From the human T2T-CHM13v2.0 reference genome, Homo sapiens: DNA of 64,000 nt. Each line of letters begins with the position of its first letter. The stretch's first letter is position 1. The notes beneath the pieces are model-generated. The model was not told the DNA's origin and made no database searches. It saw only the letters and a list, made by a program, of their open reading frames with translations. The stretch lies in the NCBI RefSeq assembly GCF_009914755.1, contig NC_060926.1, one strand, 5' to 3'. Made by a program: the position numbers and the translations under genes. Positions 23,323 to 40,146 of the stretch are shown here, in pieces.

Positions 23323-25174
23323 TGTGTTGGCTATTCTATGTCTTTCCCCTCTGCGTATAAACTTCAGAATCAGTGTGTCAGTATCTGATTAGCTTGCTGG
23401 GATTTTGACTGGGAATGCATTGAATCTATAGCACCAACTAGGAAAAACTGACATCTTAACAACACTGAATCTTCCAATCCGTAAGCACAGAATGTCTCTC
23501 CATTCCTTTAGATGTTCTTCGATTCTTTTCAGAAATGTTGTAGTTTTCTACATACAGATCCTCTACATATTTTATTTGATTTATACTTACTTATTTCTGT
23601 TTCTTTTTTAATGCTATTATAAAAGGCATTTTTATTTAAAATTTCATTGATTTATTGCTGGTTTATAGGAAAGCAATACACAATAGTTATAAATTATTTA
23701 ACTTTTGTGTATTAATTTGTATCTTGTGGCCTTGCTGTACTCACTTCCTAGTTCCAGGAGTTTTTTTTCTTTTTTTGTCAATTCTTTGGCATTTTTTACA
23801 CAGAAAACTCTATCGTCTGCAAAGAAAGATACTTCCATTTCTTCCTTCCCAGCCTGTATACCTCTTATTCCCTTTCCTTGTCTGGTTGCACTTAGAATTT
23901 CCAGTAGGATGCGGAAAGGAGTGCTGAAAGGGAACACCATCACCCTCCCTCAGTCTAAGCGGGGGAGCTGCCAGTTTCGGGCGTTAAGTGTGATGCCAGC
24001 TGCGGGATTTTGTATATGTTCTTCACCAAGCTGGGGAAATTCCCATCTCTTTCTCGTTTTTCCTTCTCACCTCCACCCCAGAGTCCTTTGCTGTGGAGGA
24101 AGTTCTCGGCATGTTTTGAGATGATTACTCTGCCCCTCCCCCTGATGGGAACATGAGGGGATTTTTCTTTGCTCTTCTCTCTGAGAACTTGGTGGGGTTC
24201 ATGGTAGTAAAACCCACGAGCACATGAGCGTCCCCCCAGTCTGGGGTGCAGGACCCTCTCTCTCTCCAGCTGGTCCACACACAGCCTCCAGCAATTCACT
24301 AGAACTGCCATCTAGGGCCTCCTGCCAGCAGCGGCTCCAGTGGCTTTTGCTCCAGGGCGCCGGTCTCCGCTGAGACTCTGTGCTGTCTCTTCAGAGTTTG
24401 GGGTTGCAGTATGCCCTGCAAGCTCAAAGCTTTGATCGGTGAAAGAAAACACTGATTTTCAGGTTTGTCAGCTTTTCTTGCTGTAAGGATGAGCTTCGTG
24501 ACTGCCAAGCTCTTTACGCACCAAAGGCACTCACCTAATGTTGTTAACTTTTTAAAAATTGAGGATCCACATGAGGTCTCTTAAATTTCTTTTAACCTAT
24601 TTCCCTCACCTTCTCATCTTGTAATTTATCTGTTGAAGAGCAGAGGTCGCTTGTGAGTGAAGTCTCCCACGTCTGGGTTTCGATGCAGGCATCCCGCAGT
24701 GTCTGTCGGCATAGCCTGTCTCCCCCGTGTTTCTTACAGCCGGATCTGGACACGTGATCAGCTTCAGTGCCAGGTTTTTGTAAACCACCCCTCAGGTGGG
24801 CTTGTGCCATTCCATCCAGAGGTAGATTTTGCCCTGCTGTGTCTTTGGTGATGTCACTGCCTAGCCGCATTCATTCATTCATTTGCTCGTGTGTTGGGGA
24901 TTACACAGCCATGGGGTTTTAGGATGACCTTCTCTCTTCCTTTATAGGAAAAATACTTCTGCAAAGACAAACCTCTGCTCCTTGGCTACCTGGCTATGCT
25001 TAGGTACAGTTTCTAAGGGAAGACAGGATAATGCTTGTTTCTTTTTCCTGATTTACTTGTTTCCGAAATGAGTTGCATCCTCTGATGGTTACCAGTGAGC
25101 TATTTTGAACTATTTTTCTTTTTACTATTTTTTAATTGTCATTATAAACCAATAGATGTAATCATATTACATGT

Positions 25175-25541
25175 TGTATTCGTTTGTTTTCATGTTGCTG
25201 ATAAAGACATACCCGTGACTGACCAATTTACAAAAGAAAGAAGTTTATTGGACTTACAGCTCCACATGGCTGGGGAGGCCTCACAATCATGGCAGAAGGC
25301 AAGGAGGAGCTAGTCACATCTTACGTGGATGGCAGCAGGCAAAAAGAGAGGTTGTGTAGGGCAACTCCCATGTTTTAAAACCATCAGATCTCGTGAGACC
25401 CATTCACTATCACGAGAACAGCGCAGGAAAGACCCGCCCCCATTATTCAGTCATCTCCCACTGGGTCCCTCCCATGACACATGGGAATCATGGGAGCTAC
25501 AAGATGAGATCTGGGTGAGCACACAGGGCCAAACCATATCA
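25175..25541 (-). mobile_element. THE1-family solo LTR
   Basis: TGTATT...GCCAAACCATATCA; exact 5-bp TSD CATGT on both sides. Confidence 0.9.
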
Positions 25542-26369
25542 CATGTGTTCCAGTCATCACATTTATTAGCCTTACTGATGTTCAAAGTGTCCCAATCTTA
25601 GGCCAGTGGGAGCCTCTAAGTTGGATCCTGGGTCCTTTTGACACAACTCTTGAAGTCTGACAATGACTTTGGGTCCTATTGGCAAAACTCTTAGAGTGTG
25701 ATAATGTTTTTGTTGAAAAGATTTTCATGATAATCTTGTGCAATTCTCATCCCCGCTCTGGAACTAGTGATTTCTCCCAGTGTTAGAGAGAAGTTCTATT
25801 TAGACAATACAATCTCGGTTCTAGGAATGTGTCACTGTTAAGGAGCTGGTTGTTGTTTCCAGGCCTTTTCAATAGATGGAACTAGGAAATGTGTATTTTT
25901 TAAAGAAAAATGAAATCTATCATATCTTCATATTGACCCTTCAGATTCAAATTCAGGCTATTTGTGGTTTTCCCATGGATTCTTTTGGGATTTCCAGATA
26001 TGTAATTCTATCATCTGCAAAAGAGATAATTTTTACATTTCCTTCTCTGTTTTTATCCCTCTGATTACTTTCTCTTGTGTAAAGAAATTAGCTAGTAATT
26101 CAAAACGCCATTGAATAGTGGTGATGCTAGCATGCCGTTCTGCTCTGTTCCTAGCTTTTCTGCATCTGTGGTGATGACCATTTTTTCTTAGCTCTATTGA
26201 TATGATGGATTTTATTAATAGATTTCTTGATATGAAGTGACCTCTTCATTCCCAGAGTAAACTCTACATGGTCATATCATGCGAGAGAGGTTAATTATTT
26301 GATGACATAAATGAAATCACTATTAGAGATAAGTGAAATGAATGGGAAAGGAGTTTCAAAGTGTGTTCT

Positions 26370-26908
26370 TGTATCATGAAGTCCTCAAGGTCATCCCTGG
26401 TTCAGAGACTTTCTGGAAGGATGCACAGGATCTAGCATACAGTGGTGCCATGGCTGAGACTGGTTACGGCAAAAGGCTCTGAAACCACATCTGTGAACGG
26501 AAAAAGCATGGGGTGCAAAAGGCATGGGGCGTGGTGTGAAGAAAACCAGGCTCGTGCTTCCAAGGCCTCTCTCCCCACAGAGTAACACAGGACGTGTTTC
26601 ATTCCCAGCAACGCTGCATGGCCGTCCATATTAAGGGCTCCCCGTCGGGGAGCTCAGTAGAGACTCAGTGCCTGTGGTGTTGACCAGAAGCTGGCCATGC
26701 CCTGCCTGGAACACACCAAACTCCAGACTCAGAAGGAAAGTGCATCGAGGGCTATAGTATTTGTACAGTCTGGGCACAGTGAACCCTCATTGTCATTCAG
26801 GGAACAGTTCAAGTGCCAAGTTCCCAGAAGCCGTCTGAGGCTCCACCTCACAGCAGACATTTAAAGAATAGCAGGTGCAAGCCTGTTGGGCTAATTCTTT
26901 TCTGCAAA
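26370..26908. mobile_element. MER21-like LTR
   Basis: CACAGGATCTAGCATACAG...AAACCAGG..GCTTCCAAG..CACAGGACGTG...TTCTTTTCTGCA resembles recalled MER21. Confidence 0.6.
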
Positions 26909-27084
26909 ATGCCCAAGATTAGAAATTTTGAAAAATAAACTATATTTGACTTTAAAAGATATTCAACATAATTTTATAAGGCAAAATAAAATATTATCAA
27001 AACAGAAAAATTACAAAGTTAGAAAATTAAAACATATGACAAAGGAATGAGCTATCTGATATATGTGTAACTGACTGCAAATTA

Positions 27085-27714
<630 letters not shown>

Positions 27715-30499
27715 TTATATAAACTCCCACACAGTAATTCCAGCTAGGACTTTGTCCCCAAAAGTAGGATAAGAGCATGGTTTCATGTGTAAGGACCCAT
27801 GTCGCTCTGTTGTTTACTGTACTGGAAAGTACAGTTTGGAAGAATCAGGAAAGCACCAATTCACTCCACACACGAGAGGAGGAAGGTGTGGAGTGCAGAG
27901 CAGGCAGGAAGCTGGGGGGTGCTCTCGGGCCAGGTCCTGGAAGCCCACACTGCGGGGAAGAGGGGCAGCTCATGGGAATTCTTCTTGGGAAATACCATTT
28001 GCTGTGCAGTGGGATCCTCTGACACCCCACACACCTATAAAGTCAAGATCTCCTGGCTGGGGGCCTGGCGGGCTCCAGGTGGTGGTTGGTAGGGAGAGGA
28101 GAAGGCCACGGGGGTGAGGGGTTAAGTCCCTGCTTCCTGCGTCCTGGACTGTAGACAGGACATGCCTGCGCCCCTCTGGCCCTGGGTCCAGTTGGGTCTA
28201 ACTGGCCAATGGGTGTCACCCCAGTAGGATGAGGAATCTGCTGGATCCTGTCTGGGTGTCCCCAAGGCCGGGGCTCAGCTCCCCAGAGACACAACGCGTC
28301 CAATGGACACGTGAGCCTCCAGACACCCACACTGTGGCTTGGTCTGCTCCAGGCTCCACGGAGCCAGCCTTAAGGTCTTGGGGAGAGGAGAGCACAGGCT
28401 GGATGGGCCAGTGAGGTTCAGTCCAGGGTTCTGGAACCATCTCAGGGTCTGGGCCTCAGTTTCAGGATCTGCCGCACAGGCAGGAGCTAGGGAGCCTCCC
28501 CAGGGCCTGGACTCAGCATTCAGACTCCAGCTCACAGGGGACACAGGAGGGGCCCTGGGCCAAGTCAGGCTTTTGGGGCAGCAGCAGGAGGTGTCAAGAT
28601 GGGCAGGAGGCTGGAGCAGAAGGGAGCCAGGTGCATTACGGGCCACCTCTCCCTGGGGACTGGGTTGGGTTATCACTGGCTGTCTGCACAGGGGTGGACT
28701 CTGTCCTCAAGGCTGGGGCTTCCAGGCTTTTCTGCCCTCTACACATCCTGGAGGCTGTGAAAGCTTTAGTCGACACCCCTAAAGGACCGCCCCCAGTGCA
28801 GGAGTGACAGTGGCCATCTGCTGAGTTAAGACGTGAGTCTGTCTGTCCGTGTGAGTCCACTGTGCCACCAGCCCTCGCTGGACGGCAGCAGAGACTTGCA
28901 GGCATCAAAAGGGTCTGAATGGCTCCCAGGCCTCAGAGAACCACCAGCCAGGGCTGCACTGAGGCACCAACATGGACAGAAAGACCATCCCAGCCAGGAG
29001 AGAGTGCAGCTGGGGAGTGTGAACCAGGCCCCACAGGGCACAGGATGACCGTGCCCAGCTTAGCACTGCCCTGGACACAGAAGTGGTCCCAGGTCCCAGA
29101 GCCCGGTCACACCGCTGGTGGAAGGCACCAACCATGAAAGCCCAGCGCCACTCAGCCCACACTCCTGGTTCTACTCCCTCGTCTTCCAGAACCTTCGGAC
29201 GATGGGTGTCATCCCTGGGGCCCCAAGAACAAGGTCAGGTGGAAGCAGAGGTAGCGACAGGTTTCTCCTTAACACTGGAAGGCACAGCCAATTGTTACTT
29301 AATGTTTTGTTAGTTTCATTCATTGTTTTAAAAAACAGAAACCTTCTACAGCACTTAGTCTGTGTCAGGCCCCGTCCTACGCCTTTTCCAAAGCTAACTC
29401 ATTTATCCTCCTCAACCAGTGAGGAGGCCGCTATGATTCTGCCCAGTCACTGAATTCTGGTTTGATTTGCTTCTCACTCTTAATTTTTAAAGAATTACAC
29501 GGGTAACACAAATTCATTGTAGAGAAACTAGAAAATCCGATGAATAAAAAGGTTTTTTCTTTATTTTTCATTTTAAAATAATGGTAGGCTCACAGGAAGT
29601 TATAAAAAAAAAAAAACAGCACAGAGAGGAACTGTGTGCGCCCTTCACCCAGCTGGCAAAAAGTTCTGTCTATAATCTCAGGACTGGAAGACTACGACCT
29701 CTCAGACAGGAGGAGTCCACACAGGTTGAACGGTATCTATGTCAGCCCTGACACAGCCCCTCCCACCTGTAGCCAGAGGGTGGCCCCACACAAGGCCCCG
29801 GAGCCCCCGTGCCAGCCAGTAGGGTCCACCTCCCAGGCCCACTGAGAGGCGTTGCCTTCCGAGCAGGTGCCACCCTCACTGAATGTCCTGGAGATGGCTG
29901 TCGCCTGTGACAAAGCCACTCACCTCTGGAGGGCCTGGGGGCTCCTAAGGACTGGGGGCCCTGCCCAGAGTCCCCCAAAGTGCAAGGCTGTCACCCCATC
30001 CTCCCATCGGCCATCAGTGTGACGCTGGTCCACAAACTCCTGCCATACCTTGGACAAGACTAAGGCCCTCGTGTGCAATGGTGCGGCCTCTGGAACTCCA
30101 GGAGGCTCTGAGGATCTGGGCCCAGGCGCAGACCCCATGGACTAGAGACTCTGAAGGGTCCAGGCCTGAGGCTGCCTGGGATGGGTGCAGTGGCCTGGTA
30201 TGAGGGTGGTAGGTGCTGTGTCCCTGGGGAGGTGCCTGGGGCTGGTTCACAGGGGTGCAACCGGTCACGGGAGGCAGGTGGAGGTTGATCCTCCAAGACC
30301 AGCACCCTGTGTACACTCAGTCTTCGACACCTTCCCCACCACCTCCCCATGCCCACCTCGAGAGCCAGCCCCTCCCTGCCTCATCACTGGGAGAGGGGTA
30401 CTGTCTCTGGACCACGCTGGATGCATGCACCTACAGCCATTTTCCGGGGCCCTGCAACACACGTAACACGCAAATAAAGCCACAGCAGAGCCCATGGGA

Positions 30500-33400
30500 C
30501 TGTGTTGAGTAAGAGCCACATTTATTTCTTAATTGGACAGAGCCTCAAGTGCACGCACAGTACAGGAGCCTAGGGCTAACACTCGGGTGTAAGACATCGG
30601 GACAGGCGTCGTGACGTCGGGACGGCAGCTATGACATGGGGTCTGGGGTGTGCCCACAGCAATCACATATGTACAAGCCAGGGACGCGGCCTCTGAGCCA
30701 CAGGGGAACCAGGGGACGGACTAACTACAGGAAGCACAGGCCCAGGGAGAAACGCAGGTCGCCACAGCTGCTGTCCGTCTGGGGGACCGCACGGCCCGGC
30801 ACCGGGGGTAAGGGAGTGTGCCTTCCGTGGTCCCCACATGGGTGAGGCTGGCATAGGACCAGTGCAGCAGCACAGTAAACACCTGTGACATCAGCCCCAC
30901 CAGGGCCCCAGGTGCTGGGGACTCCAGGGACCAGGGTTGACAGGGAGGGCCACCTCATCACAGCCGTCCTGGGTGGGGGAGTTTGTGCCTGTGCAGCCGG
31001 TGGATGAAACATTGGCATCTTCTCAGCGATGACTCCCAGTGGGAGGCCTTGGACTTGGCACCCCTAGGCACTGGCCGTGTCCCATCAGATCCCAAGTGCT
31101 GGTCGGCCTGGAGCCCGGCATCCCCATCTATCTGGAGCCGCAGCGGAAGGAGCTCCCCCTTTCTGGTGGAGGATGGCTGCCCCCAAACCAAAACAAGCCC
31201 CCAGACTCGGCAGTATAAAGCATTAAATGAAACCATCTGAGGGAGACGGCTTTCCAGATCTGTCTCACCTCCCCCACTTAGCAGGAAGCAGCAGCCACCC
31301 TGGGCCTGGCTGTCTCCCAAGCACCGCACCCCATGAGCACCTCCACACCAGCCCTCCACCTCACAGATGTGGAAACCGACTCCTGGGGAGCTCAAGGAAG
31401 GCAGCTAACGTGGTCCCTAGGTGGTTTCTGGCAGAGCGAACTTTTCAAGAAGCCAGGTGTCCTGACTCAGGCGGCCTCCTCTCACCATCAACTCTGAGTT
31501 TCTGGGTCCTGGCTTAGGCACTCCTCACTAGAGCAGGCCCGGAAGGAGGGAGTCGGCGGAGGCTGCAGTGTGGCTCTGGGTCCTAGCCAAGGCCAACACG
31601 GCACCTGGCTGAGAGGACACAGCCAGGCAGTCTCCATGGCAGTGGAGGCTTCTGAATTTAGGCAGCTCCCAGGCACCTCCACTCAGCCCACCCACGCCGC
31701 GAGTGCTCTGCAGGTTGGCTGGCCTCAGACACCTGCGACCTGGGGGGTGCGCCCAGACCCTTTGGAGGCCACAGCCTCAGGCTGGCTGACCTGAGTTGGC
31801 CGTGGCAGGGCCTGTGCCTCCTCTAGCCTGCCTGGGGCCCATGGGGCTCCCCCTCATCTCAGACCAGCGTGTCCTGCCCTGCCTCTCCTTCCTGCCTCCA
31901 GGCAGCGCTGGATGCCGGAGCAGGTGCTTCTGCAAGAAGCTGTTCTGCATCCTCTCCTTGCTGCATCTTGGTCCACTGCCTCCAGAGGTCACCCATGGGG
32001 AGCACAGGCCACCTGGCTTCTGAATTTTATTTTGGGATGTGAATCCTCACCTGGGAGATTTCCAAAGAAAGCTGCTGTGTCCTGTGTCCTGCCTTCCCAG
32101 GCGTGGCTTCCCGAGCCCTGATTCTCCCTCACAGAACCCCCCCATCAGCCCCTGGGAGAGCCTCCCAGGCAGGGGATGAGGGTGGCGGTGGCCACACCGC
32201 ACCTGAGCCCAGGTACGAAAAGGCGAGCCCACAGTCCCAGCTCCCAAACAGGCTGGCCCAGGCAGGCAGCCACAAAGACTGCAGCCAGCATGGGCCCTGG
32301 CCTGCCCTGCACACCACTCTCGGAGATGGAACTTCAGGGGCCCAAACAACCTTCCCAAAGGAAAACCTCATGCCAGAGCCTTCCCATGTGGTGTAGAAGG
32401 CCCGTGCTCCCCCACTCCTGAGCCGCTGTCTCTCCCCCAGGCATGGGATTGGGGTCTCTGAGGCTCATGTCAGCATCACGTGGGACAGCCTGGGAGGGTA
32501 GGGGCCTCAGAACCAGTGGGGTGCTGCGTTTCCCCCACTCCAGGAGGCAGGATCTGATGAAAGTGCTGGGCCCTAGGTCTGGAGCACCAGACCCGATGTA
32601 ACTGCTCCCACGGGCCACGGCGGGAGAGGGGCTCTGTTGCTTGGCTACTGTCTTTCCTTGAGCTAAAAAGAGACCAAATCGACCTGTGGGTGTGGGTGGG
32701 GAGGGCCCTAAAACCTCCCTAGGCCTCTGGACATGACTCCTATGACCAGACTCTCAGCTTGGGGCTGACCCCCGTCCTGTCCTGGGTGGCCCTCGGACAT
32801 TGGTGTCTGCAGAGGGGGTGAAATGGGACAAGAACAAAGGGACACCGCAGATGCAGCAGCGAAGAGCTCCTTGAAGACAATAACCACCAAGCCAGCCACC
32901 CTCCATTGCCGACCGACCAGGATACCCCCACCCCATGGGATTTTCTCAGTGGGACTCACAGAAACTCTCTGCCCTGGGAACAAAGAGAGGAAAGTCTTTG
33001 CAAGAAACCTGCTAATGGCAGCATTTCTTCCCAGAAGCTACCTTGACTCACTCCATTTCTCGCCGCAGCTGAAGAGGCTGCGCCACAGCCCTCGACACCT
33101 AGACCGTCGCCCTGAATTCCGATCTTCCCTGACTTCCTGGTCTCAACCCACCACCCTACCCTGATGGTCCGGAGACAGCACGCAGTCCCAGAGTCTGCAC
33201 ACTGGCAGGTGATCCCGACCCCGCTCCCTCCTGGTCCCCGCCCAGGACAGATCACAGCCTGGGTGCCGTCTGCCTCATCTCAGAGCCAGAGCCGAGTGTC
33301 ACCCCTCACCCTTTCCTGGGGAAAGCTGCCGGAACTCTTCTTGGAGTCACTCCTCAGGTGGCCGCCCAGAAGAGATGTGCGTTCTCCCTCCCACCAGAGG

Positions 33401-34097
33401 AACTCACACCACCCTCCATGCCGCGCAGACTTCAGGCACCAAAGACACCCCCCCACTCTCCCACACATACACCCAGGACCCATGTGGCCATGGAGAAGCC
33501 TGGGGCCCAGGCGATACACCCGTGTGCTAGCCCCAAGGTGCCCCACTGGTCCAGACAGCTCCTCACTGCGGCCTTCCAAGGTGGCTGTCCCTGCCCTGCC
33601 TGTCCCTAGCAGGCTTGGGAGACACATGTGGGAACAAACAGGGTGGAGGTGGTTGGGGGTTCCATCTGAATATTACAGGGCTATGTGGAGGCATTAGAAA
33701 TAAATACTTATAAATAGAACAAGTCTTATAGTTAATTTCCGAGTTGACTGTTTCAATGTCACTAACTAACGTATATTAATTATAAGTCTGTCTATGCTTA
33801 AAAAAATATTAGAACGGCAGCAAGAACCCCCGTAACCTGTGCCCTTGGCCCCCCCAGCCTCTCCCAACTTGTTCCACCAGAGCACATTCTGCAAGAAGAA
33901 CTGACACGCACAGCCTCTGCTGGGAGCACAGCTGGTCGTGTGGCACAGGTCCCCGGGCCTGGCATGGGCGTCCCCTGGGGGGTCGACCCGGTCGTGGGCT
34001 GTCTGGCAGGAGAGGGGCTGGGCGGCAGGTGACAGGACAGACGAGGATGAGGGAGGGGATGGGCTGGGCCTGCCGGCTGTCACGGGAGGGCTCAGGT
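30500..34097 (-). other. KIF1A: KIF1A 3'UTR (approximate end)
   Basis: Lies between the stop codon and the distal PAS; no obvious interspersed repeats. Confidence 0.7.
30521..30526 (-). terminator. KIF1A distal polyadenylation signal
   Basis: TTTATT on + (AATAAA on -), 3.6 kb after the stop; fits the known long KIF1A 3'UTR. Confidence 0.7.
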
Positions 34098-34140
34098 TCA
34101 GACCCGCATCTGGGCAGACCTCCTTCTGGAGAGCTTGGAC
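34098..34140 (-). CDS. KIF1A: KIF1A last coding exon (SKLSRRRSAQMRV*)
   Basis: ctgcag| acceptor; known C-terminus; TGA at 34098-34100. Confidence 0.95.
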
Positions 34141-34588
34141 CTGCAGAAGAGTTGGGAGAGGCGGCGTGGTCAGGCCAGGAACACCTGCAGGCCATATCCA
34201 CCGTGCCCTGCACAGGCAGGCAGCCGTGAGGGGCAGCCACAGACCCCATGTCCCCGCTGGTTCCCTCACCACCTGGGGAAGGGACTGAATCTCTGCTTCT
34301 GGTGTGTAGGACTCAGCCCGCCCATCCCCTCCTGCACCCCGCTTTTCACATCCCTGCTGTGGGAGGGACCAGCTCCTTCCGCAGCCTGCCCAAGGGCACA
34401 CGGTTTCCCCATGCCGAGGCCACCGGGTTAGGATGTAATTTTGAAAGTATGGCCTGGGATTTATCACTCCACAAGAAGCCACAACTCAGAGGGAGCATTA
34501 ATAGCCCTAAGGGCATCCCCAGCCCACATAAGTGAGGGCAGGCCGCGCTGCCTTCCACTGGCCGCACTGCTTCCCCAGGCAGCCTTGC

Positions 34589-35112
<524 letters not shown>

Positions 35113-35541
35113 TCACCACTGCTATGCCTCCCCACGGGACGTGACTGCCCCTCATGGCCCCTGCTCCCTGGGACCCTGGCTGGGCTGCTGGTGCAGATGT
35201 GGGTTCACACCACCCACTCCCACCACAGGGAATCAAAAAACCATCTCGTAGACACTGGGGCCGCCTCCAGATGGCTCAGAGAAACTTCTCCTCCAGCCAG
35301 CCTGAAGGAGTCCAGGCTCCTGAACTTGTCCAGGGCCATTCCAGATGGAGGGGCTGGGCAGAGTGGGGGCAGGAGGGCTCCTCTGAGCCCTGTGGCTCGC
35401 CCATTCCTGCAGGGCTGGTGCCACCCACCTTGGGTGACTCCGGAGGAGGGGACATGGCTGTGGCCATCACACAGGAGAATACTAATGCTTGCCCTGACCG
35501 GAGTCCATCCCCACTAGCTGTCACCAGGAATATGCGCCTCA

Positions 35542-36000
<459 letters not shown>

Positions 36001-36464
36001 CTACCACCCAGAGCTGGGACGCAGCAGTGCCAACCACCTCCCCAGCCAGAAAGTGGGTCGAGGCATCGAAGGGCACCTGGCAGAACCCCAACCCAGCAGG
36101 CCGGAGACCAGACCACCAAGCCAGCTCTGGGCCTCAGTTTCCCCACCATAAAATGGAAAAACTTAAAGAAATAAGCTAAAGTTGCTGAAGGCTGTCACAC
36201 TGTACCCAGTGACCACGAGTTCCCCACCTGGGCCTTGGCTCTGACCCCACCCACTCCCCTGTGCTCTGTGCTGGTTCCCAGCCTAGGCATGTGGGTCACA
36301 GGGCCCTGCCTGACCTCCCAGCATGGAGCTGCCCCTCCATGTGGGTCAGGGGCAGCCTGCCTGAACCTCCAGTATGGGCATCAGGCAACCTGTCTGTCTC
36401 CCCAAGTATGAGGGTCCCTGTGCCCCCAGTATGGGGAGCAGGGTGGCCTGCCTGTCCCCTGTCA

Positions 36465-36728
<264 letters not shown>

Positions 36729-37646
36729 TCACCCTCCTCAGAGCACCTCAGAAGGTGCAGTAGGGCACCTTCGCAGGGTCTCTCCAGCTGTGCCCACAGT
36801 GGGAGCTCCCGGGGCCCGTCCACCAGGATAGCCAAGCTTGTGCCCGATTCCAGGAAGTGCTGGGCTTGGTGGGCAGGGTCCCCCAGGAACCTCGGGGCCT
36901 AGCCAGGGAGCCTGTGCCCCACTCCACGCCCTTCTCCCAGTGGCTCTCCTGCCCCCACCTCCACCCTGTGAAAGCAAGTCCAGCATCTCTTCATCTCCAC
37001 AACTAGACTGAAGGTGACACGAGGTTCTAAGGAGCCACTGGAGCAGAGGGTGCCGATGGCCTCCCGCATGGGCCCCCCACATGGGCCAGGCCCCACGCGA
37101 CTCGACCTGGTGGTCAAGGAGGCCTGCAGAAGACAAGGCCAGCTGATGCCACCGTCTTTCTTATTTAAATGAAAATCTGGAACCCTTAAGGCACTTAAAA
37201 CAAGAGTGAAAAGCATCTGCCTGCTTATGAATTGTACATAAGGGGTTCACACGAGGTCTCTTCCAAATGCGGACCTGCAGGGGCCAGGTGTCCCCTCCAC
37301 AATACTGACTCTAACGGCTCTCATGCCCTCTTTCGTAACCTTTTCTTTTTCCATTATTTTATAAGCACTGTCTCAGGAAAGGGGAGCTTTAGCTTATTTT
37401 CCACCCATTTCTGGTCTTCTTCAGGGAAGAGAACACACACACACTAGGATGGAGCTGGCGGGGCACAGGCACCCTCTGAGAGGGCTGCGGACTCCACTCC
37501 TCCAGGCCCTTCCCTCAGCCTGTGGCCACCCCAAGGCACTCGGCCATTGGGGCCCCCTGTTCTGTGCTCTCTGTGCCCGAGTCACGGCCATGGTCATGGG
37601 TCAGCCGTGGTGCCAGAAGCCACTCCGGGAGCCTGGAGCTCACTCA

Positions 37647-37853
<207 letters not shown>

Positions 37854-38540
37854 TTACCCCACACCTGCTGCTTAGGGCACCCCACCCCTCCTACCAGCAG
37901 CCTTGGCTCAAAGTTGGCCAGCTCAAGACCCCCGGCCCCCTCCAGCCCCTGTGGCCCCTGGCCGGCCCCTCCCATCACTTCAGGCTCTGGCCTGACCCAG
38001 GCAGCCACCCTGCCAATGCCTCGAGGAGTGGGCTGGGTAAGCTCTGCCCTGCCGCCTCCTGCCCATGCCAGCGTGAGGTGGCGCTGGGTGATGCCATGGG
38101 GACAAGGAAGGCCATGGGCCAGGGCTGGAGCTCCACGCATAATGCAGCACAGCAGCAGTTTCCCAGGCTACAGGGGTGGGGTCGGTCCCAGGAGGAGGAG
38201 GGACAGCCAAGTGGGAGCTTGACTGACTGGGCCAGAGGCCACAGGGTGATGGCCAGACAGGGTGGGGGCCAGGAAGACAGCAGAAGCCTGCAAGCGCATG
38301 GGTGCATCCAAGGCCACAGGACCCACCCGGCCCCTCACTCACATCCCCACCTCCCATGGACCCCAGGCCGACCCAGGGAAACCAGCCACTTAGGTATGAG
38401 GTGTCCCTCTGCACTGAGACGTGTTCCTAGGAAACTCTTAACTGCCTTTTCCCACTTGGAATGGGAGTTTTCCTCAGGGACCACTGCCTATGGGAGCCCG
38501 AGCCCTGCGGGGCAGCCTGGTGCAGCCCCTCTGCACCCAC

Positions 38541-38618
38541 CTTGCTCTCGCTGGCACTGACGCAGACGTGGCTGTGTGTGTACTCTCTGTTGAATGTGTG
38601 CGTGAGCAGGCGCAAGCA
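38541..38618 (-). CDS. KIF1A: KIF1A exon ([13 protein letters not shown]...SESK)
   Basis: AG/GT, 78 nt. Confidence 0.95.
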
Positions 38619-39048
38619 CTGTGGACAGAGCACACGCGTGGTCAGGGGCCAGGCCTCCCGGGACCCTGCTCAGACAGCCTTGCAGGCTCTTCTACCCACC
38701 CCTCCCCAGACACAGGTGGGTTCCGACGCCAGAGCACAGTGGGTCAAGGTGGGCAGCACCTCCACCCCGCCCAGGTCATCGGGTGAGCCCAGGAAGTCTC
38801 CCAGGGTCAGGCACCGGCTGAGGGCCTGGTGTGAGGGCCAGAGGCTGTGCTGCCTCCAGTGCAGGAGGCGCAGGAAGCCTTCCCAGAGGCCCGTTCAGCC
38901 GCCAAAAGAGCCACTTGTGGGTGGAAGTGGTGAGCTCCCCATCAGCACAGGTATTCAAGAGAGTGATTCATCGCTTGGGAAGGGAGGCTGCAAAAGGCAC
39001 CCAACTTTCAGTGCAGGTGGGGTGCAGTCAGTGGGCAAGGGGACCCTA

Positions 39049-39411
<363 letters not shown>

Positions 39412-40146
39412 TTACCTGCTGCACCTCAGGGGTGACCTCCGGAGTTGTGCTCAGCCTCAGCAGCAGCATGACCCTCTGGGCAGACCCCGGAGAGCCCACC
39501 CTCCCCTGGGCTAAGACTGAAGACTGACAGCCCTCAGCTGTGAAATGAGGGAACAGACCCTGGCGCCCCGGGGCTGACAGCCCTCAGCCCCCACCCCAGC
39601 CCTGCCACCTTCATGGGCAGCAAGCAAGCTGCTCCTCTCAGACACATCCATCTCACGCGCCAGGTTCTGGGGCAGGGCTGTGCTGCCTTGCAGTGCTGGA
39701 GGCCTCAGGAGAGGGCCGAGGGGTGGGCAGAGCCCTGGCCTCACGCATCTCACACGTCACGCGTCACGTGTCACACACACACTCGGCCCGAGGCAGTGCC
39801 TAGATGCTGCATGTTGGTTTCCCTGATCAAAGCCGCAGAGGGCAGCCCAGCCCCGCGACTCTCCTTCCGGGTCCCTTTCTGGCCTCTGTCTATATGCCCG
39901 ATAGTCTTCCTCGGCTAATTCCAGAGCATGCCTCTGTGCTACACTGGCCATGTTTCTGTCATACACCACGCAGCCCCGCAGTGCACACTGGAGCATCACA
40001 TGCTCCTCCTGCAGGTGGCTGTGACTCCCAAGCAGCTGTGCTGCCCCCCAGTAGGCACCAGGCCCTGGGCCCTCTCCAGCTTTTGCTCTGCACACAAAGC
40101 CACATGGACACCACCGTGCGGGCCTCATCCTCTGAGGCTGCCTCAC

